Below are positions 16,646 through 24,703 of a stretch of 24,703 nt of DNA, piece after piece (position 1 is the stretch's first letter; each line of letters begins with the position of its first letter). Source of the DNA: a virus (lineage: Duplodnaviria; Caudoviricetes). A program made the translations under genes and the position numbers. The notes below the pieces were generated by a model. That model ran no database searches. It was not told where the DNA came from and saw nothing but the letters and a program-made list of their open reading frames with translations. The stretch lies in the IMG/VR virus record IMGVR_UViG_3300032218_001157, positions 1 through 24,703 of that record. One strand, 5' to 3'.

Positions 16646-17492
16646 AGGGTTCGTTATCCAAATTTAATCCATACTGATTTTTAATATCTATTGTATTTTT
16701 CATTCTATAAATTTTTGGATCCATATTATTAATATTATACACGTTAATGTTTAGCATTTTAATATAAAAATACAAAACTGATTCTACTATTGGATAGGAA
16801 CTATCGTTTGGCCGTCTGAAAGACTTTGAGCCTAACAAAGGTAGCCATCTATAAAATTCAGAGATTCGATCATACGTTATTGAATCAGAATACCAAAAAA
16901 TGTCTCCCATTCTATGAAAGGGGAAATCTTGTATTTTTCCAGTATGTACTGCTTTTGCTGAGTTATACTCTGGTAATGAGAAAATCATATTGTTTACATA
17001 CGGGTCACTCATATACAAATCATAGCGCATTCTGATGACCATGTCGTACTTAAATTTGTTAGCCAACTCATATTTTTTCTTCAAGTATGCACTATACATA
17101 ATTCCGTAAAATTGACTGGCTATCCATGCCGTGACTGGTTTACCATAATAATCCATGTACTGCTCATTGAGTTCCATTACTGATTTTGATCTACTAAGAC
17201 TCACCGCTTCATCTTCAAACACATATGATACCGGATTCATTAACTTGATAAATTTTTCTTTTTCTTCTTCTGAAATTTTAATGCCATCAAAGTCTATCTG
17301 TTTTCCAATCTTATTAAATATTTTCCATGATACTGCATTGGGGGGAGTATTAAAGTCCCATGCATGACAGAATACATCAACCTTGGCATCATGCAATGCA
17401 CTGATAGCATTACTGAAATGCATCCATTGTGTATAACATTTTTCCCATGTTCTGGGTTGTCCACTAAAGCAAAGTGCAATTCTCTTACTCAT
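16632..17492 (-). CDS. Putative glycan-modifying/GT-like protein, 'IAxCxSG' paralog 3
   Basis: RIALCFSGQPR, VFCHAWD, LKKKYE...YDMVIRMRYD, D.FWYSDS.TYD. Confidence 0.65.
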   Translation of the reverse strand: MSKRIALCFSGQPRTWEKCYTQWMHFSNAISALHDAKVDVFCHAWDFNTPPNAVSWKIFNKIGKQIDFDGIKISEEEKEKFIKLMNPVSYVFEDEAVSLSRSKSVMELNEQYMDYYGKPVTAWIASQFYGIMYSAYLKKKYELANKFKYDMVIRMRYDLYMSDPYVNNMIFSLPEYNSAKAVHTGKIQDFPFHRMGDIFWYSDSITYDRISEFYRWLPLLGSKSFRRPNDSSYPIVESVLYFYIKMLNINVYNINNMDPKIYRMKNTIDIKNQYGLNLDNEPYELI

Positions 17493-18879
17493 CTAATAAC
17501 CTCTTACAATTAATATAAAAATTCTCAAGTTCAGGGAAGGTTTCTATAAAGTTTGTGCCCCTGCGTTTATCATGTTCATCCACAAATTGTACAAAATCTA
17601 ATCTATAAATACCTAATGTGGGTTGTGGATTCTCAATATGCCACTTTGCTGTAGTGTATATTCTCTTTAACTTTTCTATTTCTTCTTCGTAGAAACCTTT
17701 GTTAAAGTCTATACTATCTCTTGTTTGAATATTACTGTTCATAAACTCTATCTGCTCAGTTATCATATCCAAATGATCAGATTCAGCGATAAAGATAGAC
17801 TGATGCGGAGGAAATCTAAGATAAGGTATATCTAATAATATAGGACTGTGATCTATACTACCAAACTCTTTTTTGATATTGAGTATATCAGTTAAAAACT
17901 GTGTGTAGGTGGTAAGGCTCAATAGATTATATGTACTCATTACTGTGAATTGTATGCCTGGCACTTCACGATATGTTTTGTAAATGTTGCTGATCCAATC
18001 TTCGTAATTCATTCCAAATCTAATATATTCACTTTGCTTACCATGCGCCTCCGCACTAGTAAACAATTTGAATCGTTTTAGTTTGTTTTCATTGATAATT
18101 ATTTTTACTTTTTCTAAGAACTTATTAAACAATTCAGTTGGTGGGTTCATGTTAGTATTGATTGCCACTTCAAGTTCTGGATTAGGATTAGCAATGATGT
18201 AGTCTAATACTTTGAATGTATTCTTATTCAACAATGGTTCACCTCCTGTAATTCTAAAATATTTCAAGTTCTTATACATACTAGGGAACCAATCCCAAAA
18301 TGCATCAACATATGCATTTTCTTGATTGTTGGGTATTGGCATCATCTTCTGTTGCTTGATCCAAGATAAGTTGTTGAAAGATTGTGATGTAGGATAAGGA
18401 CCATAGCGTTCAATCTCTTCCATCCACTGACTACTAATATGTGGGGCGCAATAACTACATTTAAAATTACAAACATTTCCAAAGCTAACTTCAACATAAC
18501 TAGGATCTACATCATCGTTCCATGGCTTATTTACAATATCATTCAAGTATGGATGTGCCCAGACTGGGTCTGCACTCTTATGGGTACGATCACTATAATG
18601 ATTACCTGTATCTTCTACATTCCAACAATAGTCACATTCACGTGGGCGTTTGCCTTCTAACATTAACCTACGTTGTTCTTTTTTGAATTCGCTGTTATGC
18701 AATGCTGTGGGATTTCGTTTGATCTCCTCAATAGGTACATGGTGTGTAGCCGGGTGATGGCAACTATGTGTGTGCCCGTTCTGTAAATGCATGGTTACTT
18801 GTTTCCATTTTGCAATACAAAAACTAGGGCTCACCTCATTTAATTCTTGGTTAACTTTTTTAATATGGTCTTGACTCAT
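17485..18879 (-). CDS. Radical SAM protein with N-terminal twitch/SPASM-like Cys cluster
   Basis: CNFKCSYC and ITGGEP; N-terminal FCIAKW...SCHH...CDYCW. Confidence 0.92.
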   Translation of the reverse strand: MSQDHIKKVNQELNEVSPSFCIAKWKQVTMHLQNGHTHSCHHPATHHVPIEEIKRNPTALHNSEFKKEQRRLMLEGKRPRECDYCWNVEDTGNHYSDRTHKSADPVWAHPYLNDIVNKPWNDDVDPSYVEVSFGNVCNFKCSYCAPHISSQWMEEIERYGPYPTSQSFNNLSWIKQQKMMPIPNNQENAYVDAFWDWFPSMYKNLKYFRITGGEPLLNKNTFKVLDYIIANPNPELEVAINTNMNPPTELFNKFLEKVKIIINENKLKRFKLFTSAEAHGKQSEYIRFGMNYEDWISNIYKTYREVPGIQFTVMSTYNLLSLTTYTQFLTDILNIKKEFGSIDHSPILLDIPYLRFPPHQSIFIAESDHLDMITEQIEFMNSNIQTRDSIDFNKGFYEEEIEKLKRIYTTAKWHIENPQPTLGIYRLDFVQFVDEHDKRRGTNFIETFPELENFYINCKRLLDE

Positions 18880-19826
18880 TACCAGCCTTCCATTTTTCGT
18901 ATTACATCTATCTCACGTACTAATGGACCGAGATTATATTTATCCACATTATAGTGTCGCTTAAAGAATCTGCTCTGCTCACTATCTAATGCACACATCG
19001 GCAATGCTAACTTGGTGCTTAGTTCAATACCATATGTTTCAGATAATTCTAGTGGATCTTCATCTTTAATCTTATCCCACATTTCAACATAGTTATCAAA
19101 CCATTGAACATTCCTGTTGTCCCAGTCAGTAAGCATAGTCATGTGAGTTCCCATACGTGAACCCATTATAGCCCACATTCCATTTTCTACGTCCATACCT
19201 ACATTATGCCATATAGTTAAATTATTGAGATTACGTGTAGCTACACTGCGTTTGAAATCATTTATGTCGGGGACTTTACCACCAACTAAGCACATCTTGA
19301 CACCCTCACGGAAACCTGCACGCCAAGCCTGAAAAGGTGTGTAGTTGGGATATGTTGTACTGTAGCAATCATACATACTCCAATACAAACTATTACCATA
19401 ATCTAAACAAAAATCTACTGTAGTGGTGTCATCACCGTCGCTAGCCTCATGTGTTTTCATATTCAATACATAAGTCTTTGTCCAACAACTCATGCCGCCA
19501 TTGCCATAACGCAATCCGTTAATCGTATTGATTGCTCGCCAACGATATTGTGCTTGTTTGTATATAGGATCTTTATCTCTAAAATCTAATTCTAAATTAA
19601 AGAATTCCATATTAGGCATATTATCGCCATCAATCAATACAAATCTTTCTGTGTCACTTGCTTCGGCAGCGGCTTTATGTGCCGCATCACTACCTTTAAC
19701 TCCATCAACTCTACGTGCCCATGGAATCATGTTCTTAATCTTAAGCCAGAATTCTTCTTTCTGTGGCTCATCATAACTTAGATATATGCAATCTAAGTCT
19801 GCAATTTCAACTATATCGGTATTCAT
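18879..19826 (-). CDS. GT-A fold glycosyltransferase-like protein
   Basis: IYLSYDE, RVDGVKG..AAHKAAA, FVLIDGD (DxD), YGNGG, AWRAGFREGVK. Confidence 0.72.
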   Translation of the reverse strand: MNTDIVEIADLDCIYLSYDEPQKEEFWLKIKNMIPWARRVDGVKGSDAAHKAAAEASDTERFVLIDGDNMPNMEFFNLELDFRDKDPIYKQAQYRWRAINTINGLRYGNGGMSCWTKTYVLNMKTHEASDGDDTTTVDFCLDYGNSLYWSMYDCYSTTYPNYTPFQAWRAGFREGVKMCLVGGKVPDINDFKRSVATRNLNNLTIWHNVGMDVENGMWAIMGSRMGTHMTMLTDWDNRNVQWFDNYVEMWDKIKDEDPLELSETYGIELSTKLALPMCALDSEQSRFFKRHYNVDKYNLGPLVREIDVIRKMEGW

Positions 19827-20112
19827 GTGTTTCTATTTCCCAATCATTAGTAGAACCATTGTACTTGTCATTGACTATGATTGATATATCTTCTTTTGTA
19901 CATCTTATACCATTGTCTGATAATTTATATTTTATCAATAGTGCGCCGTCATTATTTTTAATAATCTTCTGGTCAATGATTTTGATATCCATTCTATATT
20001 CAGAATATATCTCTGCATTAATAACTATGTACTTTGCTTCTAATTCTAGTGGTTCACTAGTATAACATATTACACTACCATTGTCATCATAATAAATTCT
20101 GAATTCACCCAT
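19807..20112 (-). CDS. Hypothetical protein
   Basis: Probable start MGEFRIYYD at 20112, overlapping both neighbours. Confidence 0.7.
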   Translation of the reverse strand: MGEFRIYYDDNGSVICYTSEPLELEAKYIVINAEIYSEYRMDIKIIDQKIIKNNDGALLIKYKLSDNGIRCTKEDISIIVNDKYNGSTNDWEIETHEYRYS

Positions 20113-20899
20113 AATGTACCCGTAGTGTTTTAGCAAAATCTTTCACGTGATAGTGGATCGGATATCGTTGCGGGAAGGTCTGTATCTTTAATTGATCAGT
20201 GCATTCATATACTAATTCTTTTGTCCAATCTTCTGAAATAGTATTATTGATCCATTGCTTCATATGAACCATACTAAATTGCGGTAAGTTTGGTATGGTT
20301 GTAATTTCTTCTCCCATGATGTGGCATGCTATACTATAAGCCCAGTCAGTAGTTGCAAGTTCATCTTTGTTGCAGATTAGTGTATTGGTATATCTTTCCC
20401 AATTTTCAAAAACATCTCTAACTATACTAAAAAATAATTTTGCGTTATCAGACTTTTTAAAATATGTAATTGCATTATACACGTTTGGCAATTGATTATC
20501 TATAATAAATTTTCTATACACTAATACATCAGAAACTTGTCCTTTAAAATCACGTATAGTATTACATACACATATATCTCGTTGATGTAGGATATCAAAC
20601 CAAAATTCAATATCTGAGGGAATATACATATCTGCTTCTAATTTGATTGTATATTCATATGGACTTGCTTCATAGACCTGCCAATCATTGATTAGTTTCC
20701 AATCACTGTCAGGTGCTAAGTCATTATACGGTAATGGTATGATATTATCAAAACAGTTAAAATTTGCTACATCATTTGTTATGATAGAAACGCTAACATT
20801 GGGCATTACCTTTTTCAAACTAATTGCCAAAGTTTCTGCACACCCAACATAATTTGTGGTTGTTGTATTCTGCGCTAAGATTACAAAACCCTTATTCAT
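20105..20899 (-). CDS. GT-A (GT8/mannosyltransferase-like) putative glycosyltransferase
   Basis: KGFVILA, LAISLK...VSIIT, SPYEYTIKLEADM, TDWAYSIA; paralog of 20892-21686. Confidence 0.7.
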   Translation of the reverse strand: MNKGFVILAQNTTTTNYVGCAETLAISLKKVMPNVSVSIITNDVANFNCFDNIIPLPYNDLAPDSDWKLINDWQVYEASPYEYTIKLEADMYIPSDIEFWFDILHQRDICVCNTIRDFKGQVSDVLVYRKFIIDNQLPNVYNAITYFKKSDNAKLFFSIVRDVFENWERYTNTLICNKDELATTDWAYSIACHIMGEEITTIPNLPQFSMVHMKQWINNTISEDWTKELVYECTDQLKIQTFPQRYPIHYHVKDFAKTLRVHYG

Positions 20900-21686
20900 T
20901 AACCAACTCCATAAATTGGTTCTTATCTAATAGGTGAAAATCAATATCTTTTACTTTCATGTATTCTGTCTTGCGTTTGTTTCTATGGTTGACCTCTCTC
21001 ATTAAAGTATATGAGGTGTTAGTATCTCTAAAAACTTTTACGTCTTTTGATACATGAGTCAATGGCCAGGGCAAATAATCCATAGTGTTTTCATATTGAC
21101 CATACACTATTCTATGTGCTATCGTTAATGCATAATCATTGCGATATAAGGTACTGGATATATGATGTAGATTAGTATAGTGTTGATAGTTTTTTTGTAC
21201 CATTTCCAAACAGTCAAAGATTTGTTTGACCTTGTTTGTTTTCTTAAACGCTACTAATGTTGCCCATAGAGTGGGATAACTATATGGACTAACCACTTCT
21301 TGTCCTGCTTCTGGTATCATTAAGAATCTAGTTTGATTAGGAACCATAAAGTCATTATATATGTCAAATATGTCCAACAATTTGATACTGTTTATAAGAT
21401 AATCAGTATCAAGCAATATAGTTTCATCATACGGAGTAATATCAAATGCTTTATATCTACCCTTGTTTATCCAAATATTACTTCCCTTGTTGTTTGAGTT
21501 GTCAGCCGTTTCTATGAACACATTGTCAAATGAATAATTGTAATCGTCAGGGTTGACTGTGTTATCAGTTACTACACTTACTGGTAAATTTAAAAATTGG
21601 TTTGCTCGTTTAGCAGTAGCTACTGCCATTTTATAATAATCAACAGTGCCGTTATTAAACGCAAATAAAAGTACGCCCTTTGTCAT
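20892..21686 (-). CDS. GT-A (GT8/mannosyltransferase-like) putative glycosyltransferase
   Basis: KGVLLFA, PVSVVTD, TPYDETILLDTDYL (DxD), RNDYALTIA. Confidence 0.75.
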   Translation of the reverse strand: MTKGVLLFAFNNGTVDYYKMAVATAKRANQFLNLPVSVVTDNTVNPDDYNYSFDNVFIETADNSNNKGSNIWINKGRYKAFDITPYDETILLDTDYLINSIKLLDIFDIYNDFMVPNQTRFLMIPEAGQEVVSPYSYPTLWATLVAFKKTNKVKQIFDCLEMVQKNYQHYTNLHHISSTLYRNDYALTIAHRIVYGQYENTMDYLPWPLTHVSKDVKVFRDTNTSYTLMREVNHRNKRKTEYMKVKDIDFHLLDKNQFMELVNE

Positions 21687-21988
21687 CTATTGTTTTTCAA
21701 TGATTCCGTTTCATCGTACCATTCTTCCATAACGGAACGATATACTTGTTGTGCTTTGGATAGTAGTTGATTCTTGTTTATTTTCACAGGGTTGCTATAG
21801 TTATCAAGGATTATAACTGGTTCAATAGTGAGTACTGATAATACTGCAAATAACTCTGCGTTTGCAGTCCACATGCCATTTTGGTCTGCAAAAATTAATT
21901 TGCTTTCGTATTTGTCTTTAAGATATGCTTTAGAAGCATTATGAGCAAAACGGGCTTTTACATCAATAATAAGTTGTTCAGTATCCAT
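21683..21988 (-). CDS. Hypothetical protein, first gene of the cluster
   Basis: 101 aa; TAAATA at 21999-21994 just upstream; ATGA overlap with the next gene. Confidence 0.75.
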   Translation of the reverse strand: MDTEQLIIDVKARFAHNASKAYLKDKYESKLIFADQNGMWTANAELFAVLSVLTIEPVIILDNYSNPVKINKNQLLSKAQQVYRSVMEEWYDETESLKNNR

Positions 21989-22024
21989 CTAACTATTTAA
22001 ATGAATACTGACTACCCGTAATTT

Positions 22025-23008
22025 TTAACTGCCGCTTACAACTCCAGACAATGATACTGCACCCCATGTATTGGTTAAATAAGAAGTACTCGGGTACACT
22101 GCATCTATTCTAGTACTTGACCCTGACGCAATATAAGTCGGGGCACCATTTGGAACCATATCCCAAACAGTGGTTATTGTCATTACAGATCCATTATCAC
22201 TGTTAACACCTTGCGTGCCGTTTGTTCTAATATTTACTGATATAAAAGTACCAATATATCCGGCTGGACTACCGCTAGCAAACTGTTTAAAAACTTCTTG
22301 ATTAGAGGTAGTTAATCCATAATAACCTGCATTAGTTAATAATGTTGAAACGGTGCCTGATCCGCCTCGTTTAGTAACACCGTTATAAGATACCCCTGCG
22401 ATTGTTTGAGTCCCGCTACTAACTGCACTTATTACCACAGTACCGCATGCTGTAGCTAGTGCATTTAGTAAAGTATTAATAGGAGTTCCAGAGGTGTGCG
22501 AGAATTGAAGTTTTATTTGGCCGCCGCCATTAAAAAAGTAGCGCGCCTTGTCGGCAGATTCAAATGTTACTGTATGAGTAAATGTTATTGCACTTGACCA
22601 AGTTGTACTAGTAGTGGTTGTGTTTACTGTTGTCCCTGCTTGGGCCACAGCATTATTTCTATTTGTATAGATGGAAGTTAAATTAGTACTAACTGCGCTT
22701 AGATATGCAATAGTAGCGCCTTGTGAAGGCGGTGTAACTAATGTTAATGATGTATTTTGATGAGTCGCTAAATTTGTGTTTACATTAATAAGATTTGCCC
22801 AATTATCATATGTCACGCTTGCTCCTACACTTACTTGCGGCAGGCCTGAAGTAGTACCGGACACAAATGCTTGACCATAGCCTGATCGACCTGATCCAAT
22901 ACCGTATACGGTATTTAATGCGTTTGCGGCACTACTTGCAGTGGAATAATTACCTACTAATGTATTATAATCCGCTGCTTCTACTTTTCCATATTGTGCA
23001 TATGACAT
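22025..23008 (-). CDS. Probable virion structural (tail/baseplate-associated) protein
   Basis: Ser/Thr/Gly-rich, low charge; GYGQ and ARYFFNGGGQI motifs; AAGGA SD; directly follows the fiber-like gene. Confidence 0.7.
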   Translation of the reverse strand: MSYAQYGKVEAADYNTLVGNYSTASSAANALNTVYGIGSGRSGYGQAFVSGTTSGLPQVSVGASVTYDNWANLINVNTNLATHQNTSLTLVTPPSQGATIAYLSAVSTNLTSIYTNRNNAVAQAGTTVNTTTTSTTWSSAITFTHTVTFESADKARYFFNGGGQIKLQFSHTSGTPINTLLNALATACGTVVISAVSSGTQTIAGVSYNGVTKRGGSGTVSTLLTNAGYYGLTTSNQEVFKQFASGSPAGYIGTFISVNIRTNGTQGVNSDNGSVMTITTVWDMVPNGAPTYIASGSSTRIDAVYPSTSYLTNTWGAVSLSGVVSGS

Positions 23009-23017
23009 TTTTAATCC

Positions 23018-24223
23018 TTACTTAATAACAACAATTGCTTCTACTATACCTTCTTCTTCAGTCATCTTATCTTGCAATGCACGACCGATAGTGTTGAACG
23101 GGGTAAGTTCTTCTAGTTTAGCTCCTCTAGCAATACCGTTACCTGCACTAACTAAACGTTGTCCTTTAGTAATAGTACCAATTGCTCGAACCTTAACTCT
23201 TCCTGCCAATGCTACTGCTGGGTGAGTAGAGTCGTCACCTGCTGTACTATTCATCATATATGCGGCAGTATTACTTATCACACCAAATACATTTTCACTC
23301 AAATCATCTTTTACTATAGTGATTTCTTTTTCGCCGCCTATTTCAACTACTGTACCAGCTGAGTATGATGCATCCGCTGCATAACGTTCTGCCAAGTCGG
23401 CATATGTAGCATTGATTCTTGCTCCAGTGTCTAATGTCCAAATGCCAGAAATGTTTCCGCCACCGGCAAGAGTAGCAGTTGTAACTTTAGTTGGGGCAAT
23501 GTTTCCTGTAAATTGAACAACAGAATTACCACCTGTTAAGTAATCAGAAACATTACTATTGTCATATGTACCACTTGGATTGAATGGGCTTCCATTAGCA
23601 TAGTAATAGTTATCTGTTTTAATACCATAACTACCATTAAACATTAGATTACCTTGACTTAAGACCAAAGCATTTCCAGTAGTATTACCTGTAATTGACC
23701 AAACACCGGTTAATGTCCCGCCGGTTGATGATGCCCCAGTAGTAATTACGGCTGTTCGTAGAGTAGTAATATTAGCTGATGATATATTTGCGTTGCTCGC
23801 ATCAAGATTAGCGGATACAGTAGCTAAACGTGTAGTGAAAGTATCAGTACTTAAATCATTAGTTATTGCAGCATTATTAGCGGTAATATTACCAGTAACT
23901 ACAACATTACCAAGTGTGGTATCACCGGCGCTGGTCGCAGAAGTAAGCACAATCCAACTAGTTGCAGTATTGGTATTATCTGCTGGGCAAACTCGTAAAG
24001 TATTATCATTTGTGTTGAACCACAATTGACCTTTAAGTGGGTTTGCGGGTGGACTGTCATTTGCAAAATTTTCCACCATTCTCACAAAATTTGTGTCCTG
24101 TGTTTGTCCGTAACCTGCATAGTTACGTCCTGGTAGACCTAAACTGGTGCTTGTGGTATTAATAGTTCCGTCCTGAATTGTTGTTAAAACAGTACCGTTA
24201 CTTCGTATGATTGTGTATGCCAT
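23018..24223 (-). CDS. Tail fiber-like protein with C-terminal intramolecular chaperone/autoproteolytic (peptidase G2/S74-like) domain
   Basis: N-terminal GRNYAGYG...ENFA...P..P..GQLWF, Asn/Thr-rich beta shaft, then YADLAERY...GTVV..GG.KEI...GVIS...VALAGRV; GGAG SD. Confidence 0.8.
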   Translation of the reverse strand: MAYTIIRSNGTVLTTIQDGTINTTSTSLGLPGRNYAGYGQTQDTNFVRMVENFANDSPPANPLKGQLWFNTNDNTLRVCPADNTNTATSWIVLTSATSAGDTTLGNVVVTGNITANNAAITNDLSTDTFTTRLATVSANLDASNANISSANITTLRTAVITTGASSTGGTLTGVWSITGNTTGNALVLSQGNLMFNGSYGIKTDNYYYANGSPFNPSGTYDNSNVSDYLTGGNSVVQFTGNIAPTKVTTATLAGGGNISGIWTLDTGARINATYADLAERYAADASYSAGTVVEIGGEKEITIVKDDLSENVFGVISNTAAYMMNSTAGDDSTHPAVALAGRVKVRAIGTITKGQRLVSAGNGIARGAKLEELTPFNTIGRALQDKMTEEEGIVEAIVVIK

Positions 24224-24243
24224 GAATTACTCCGCTTATTTTA

Positions 24244-24250
24244 TATTTAT
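24244..24250 (-). promoter_or_regulatory. ATAAATA late-promoter-like motif
   Basis: GATAAATA in the gap upstream of the fiber gene SD. Confidence 0.55.
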
Positions 24251-24251
24251 C

Positions 24252-24703
24252 TTAAATTGTGACCAAGTTCGTTAGACTCTGAATTCTAACTGTATAATCA
24301 ACTTGGATTTGCCTATTTAAACTCTTTTGTACCGGGTGAAATACTACATGAGTTACTAATTTTGTCAGTTCATTACCCGAATTATCAGTACCATTGTATG
24401 ATAATAGCCCAATCTCATCGAACACAAATGCACCTTCTGTTTGAGTACCGTTGTCAAATGCCATTTGCCCAGGTGGTTCTCCGTAATCTAGTAAACATTG
24501 AACTATAATATCACTATATACTTTACCCGCCGCATGGCTTACCGTCATCTTATTACGTGCCGGATTCAAGTTTAAAATGTTAGTATCATCAATAACTTTA
24601 GCATAGGTTTGGTTATACAATGCGGCGTTTTGACCTACTGTATTTGGAGGTAGATAAGTGATAATTCCAGTTTCATCTACACTTGCACCACCGTTACCAA
24701 AAG
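24252..24703 (-). CDS. Probable baseplate/tail structural protein, 5'-truncated by the window edge
   Basis: The frame stays open beyond the track's start to the window end (FGNGGASVDETGIITYLPPN...LYNQTY); contains CLLDYGEP, FDEIGL, THVVFHPVQKSLNR. Confidence 0.7.
   Translation of the reverse strand, partial: FGNGGASVDETGIITYLPPNTVGQNAALYNQTYAKVIDDTNILNLNPARNKMTVSHAAGKVYSDIIVQCLLDYGEPPGQMAFDNGTQTEGAFVFDEIGLLSYNGTDNSGNELTKLVTHVVFHPVQKSLNRQIQVDYTVRIQSLTNLVTI

Noticed and set aside
1825-24029. Remaining short plus-strand ORFs and nested minus-strand ORFs in the track
   Set aside because: All overlap longer motif-bearing minus-strand genes and show no recognisable features.
1-24703. Stop-codon reassignment as seen in some large phages
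   Set aside because: Standard-code ORFs tile the window with full-length enzymes, and TAA, TGA and TAG all end genes.

Overview
AT-rich, gene-dense segment with essentially all real genes on the minus strand. It is most consistent with a large tailed (jumbo-type) phage, given the tail/baseplate-like genes and recurrent ATAAATA late-promoter-like motifs. In transcription order (right to left) it has three parts. (1) Three virion structural genes (22025-24703). (2) A ~20 kb, tightly overlapped glycan synthesis/modification cluster (1980-21988): GT-A-like transferases, a radical SAM enzyme, four SGNH-fold proteins, three 'IAxCxSG' paralogs, a cupin, a nucleotidyltransferase-kinase fusion, AroE-like, KdsC-like and GatZ-like enzymes, a carbamoyltransferase, a 13-repeat giant protein and a sulfotransferase. 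(3) Small accessory genes and the most striking feature: a circularly permuted, two-piece tmRNA gene (acceptor piece ~877-941, coding piece ~313-494, tag ANDSQFSIAA). It has its own sigma70-type promoter and terminator, and its 382-nt intervening segment is almost entirely filled by a GNAT-like protein gene with its own Shine-Dalgarno. Family calls come from motif recognition by eye, not database searches.
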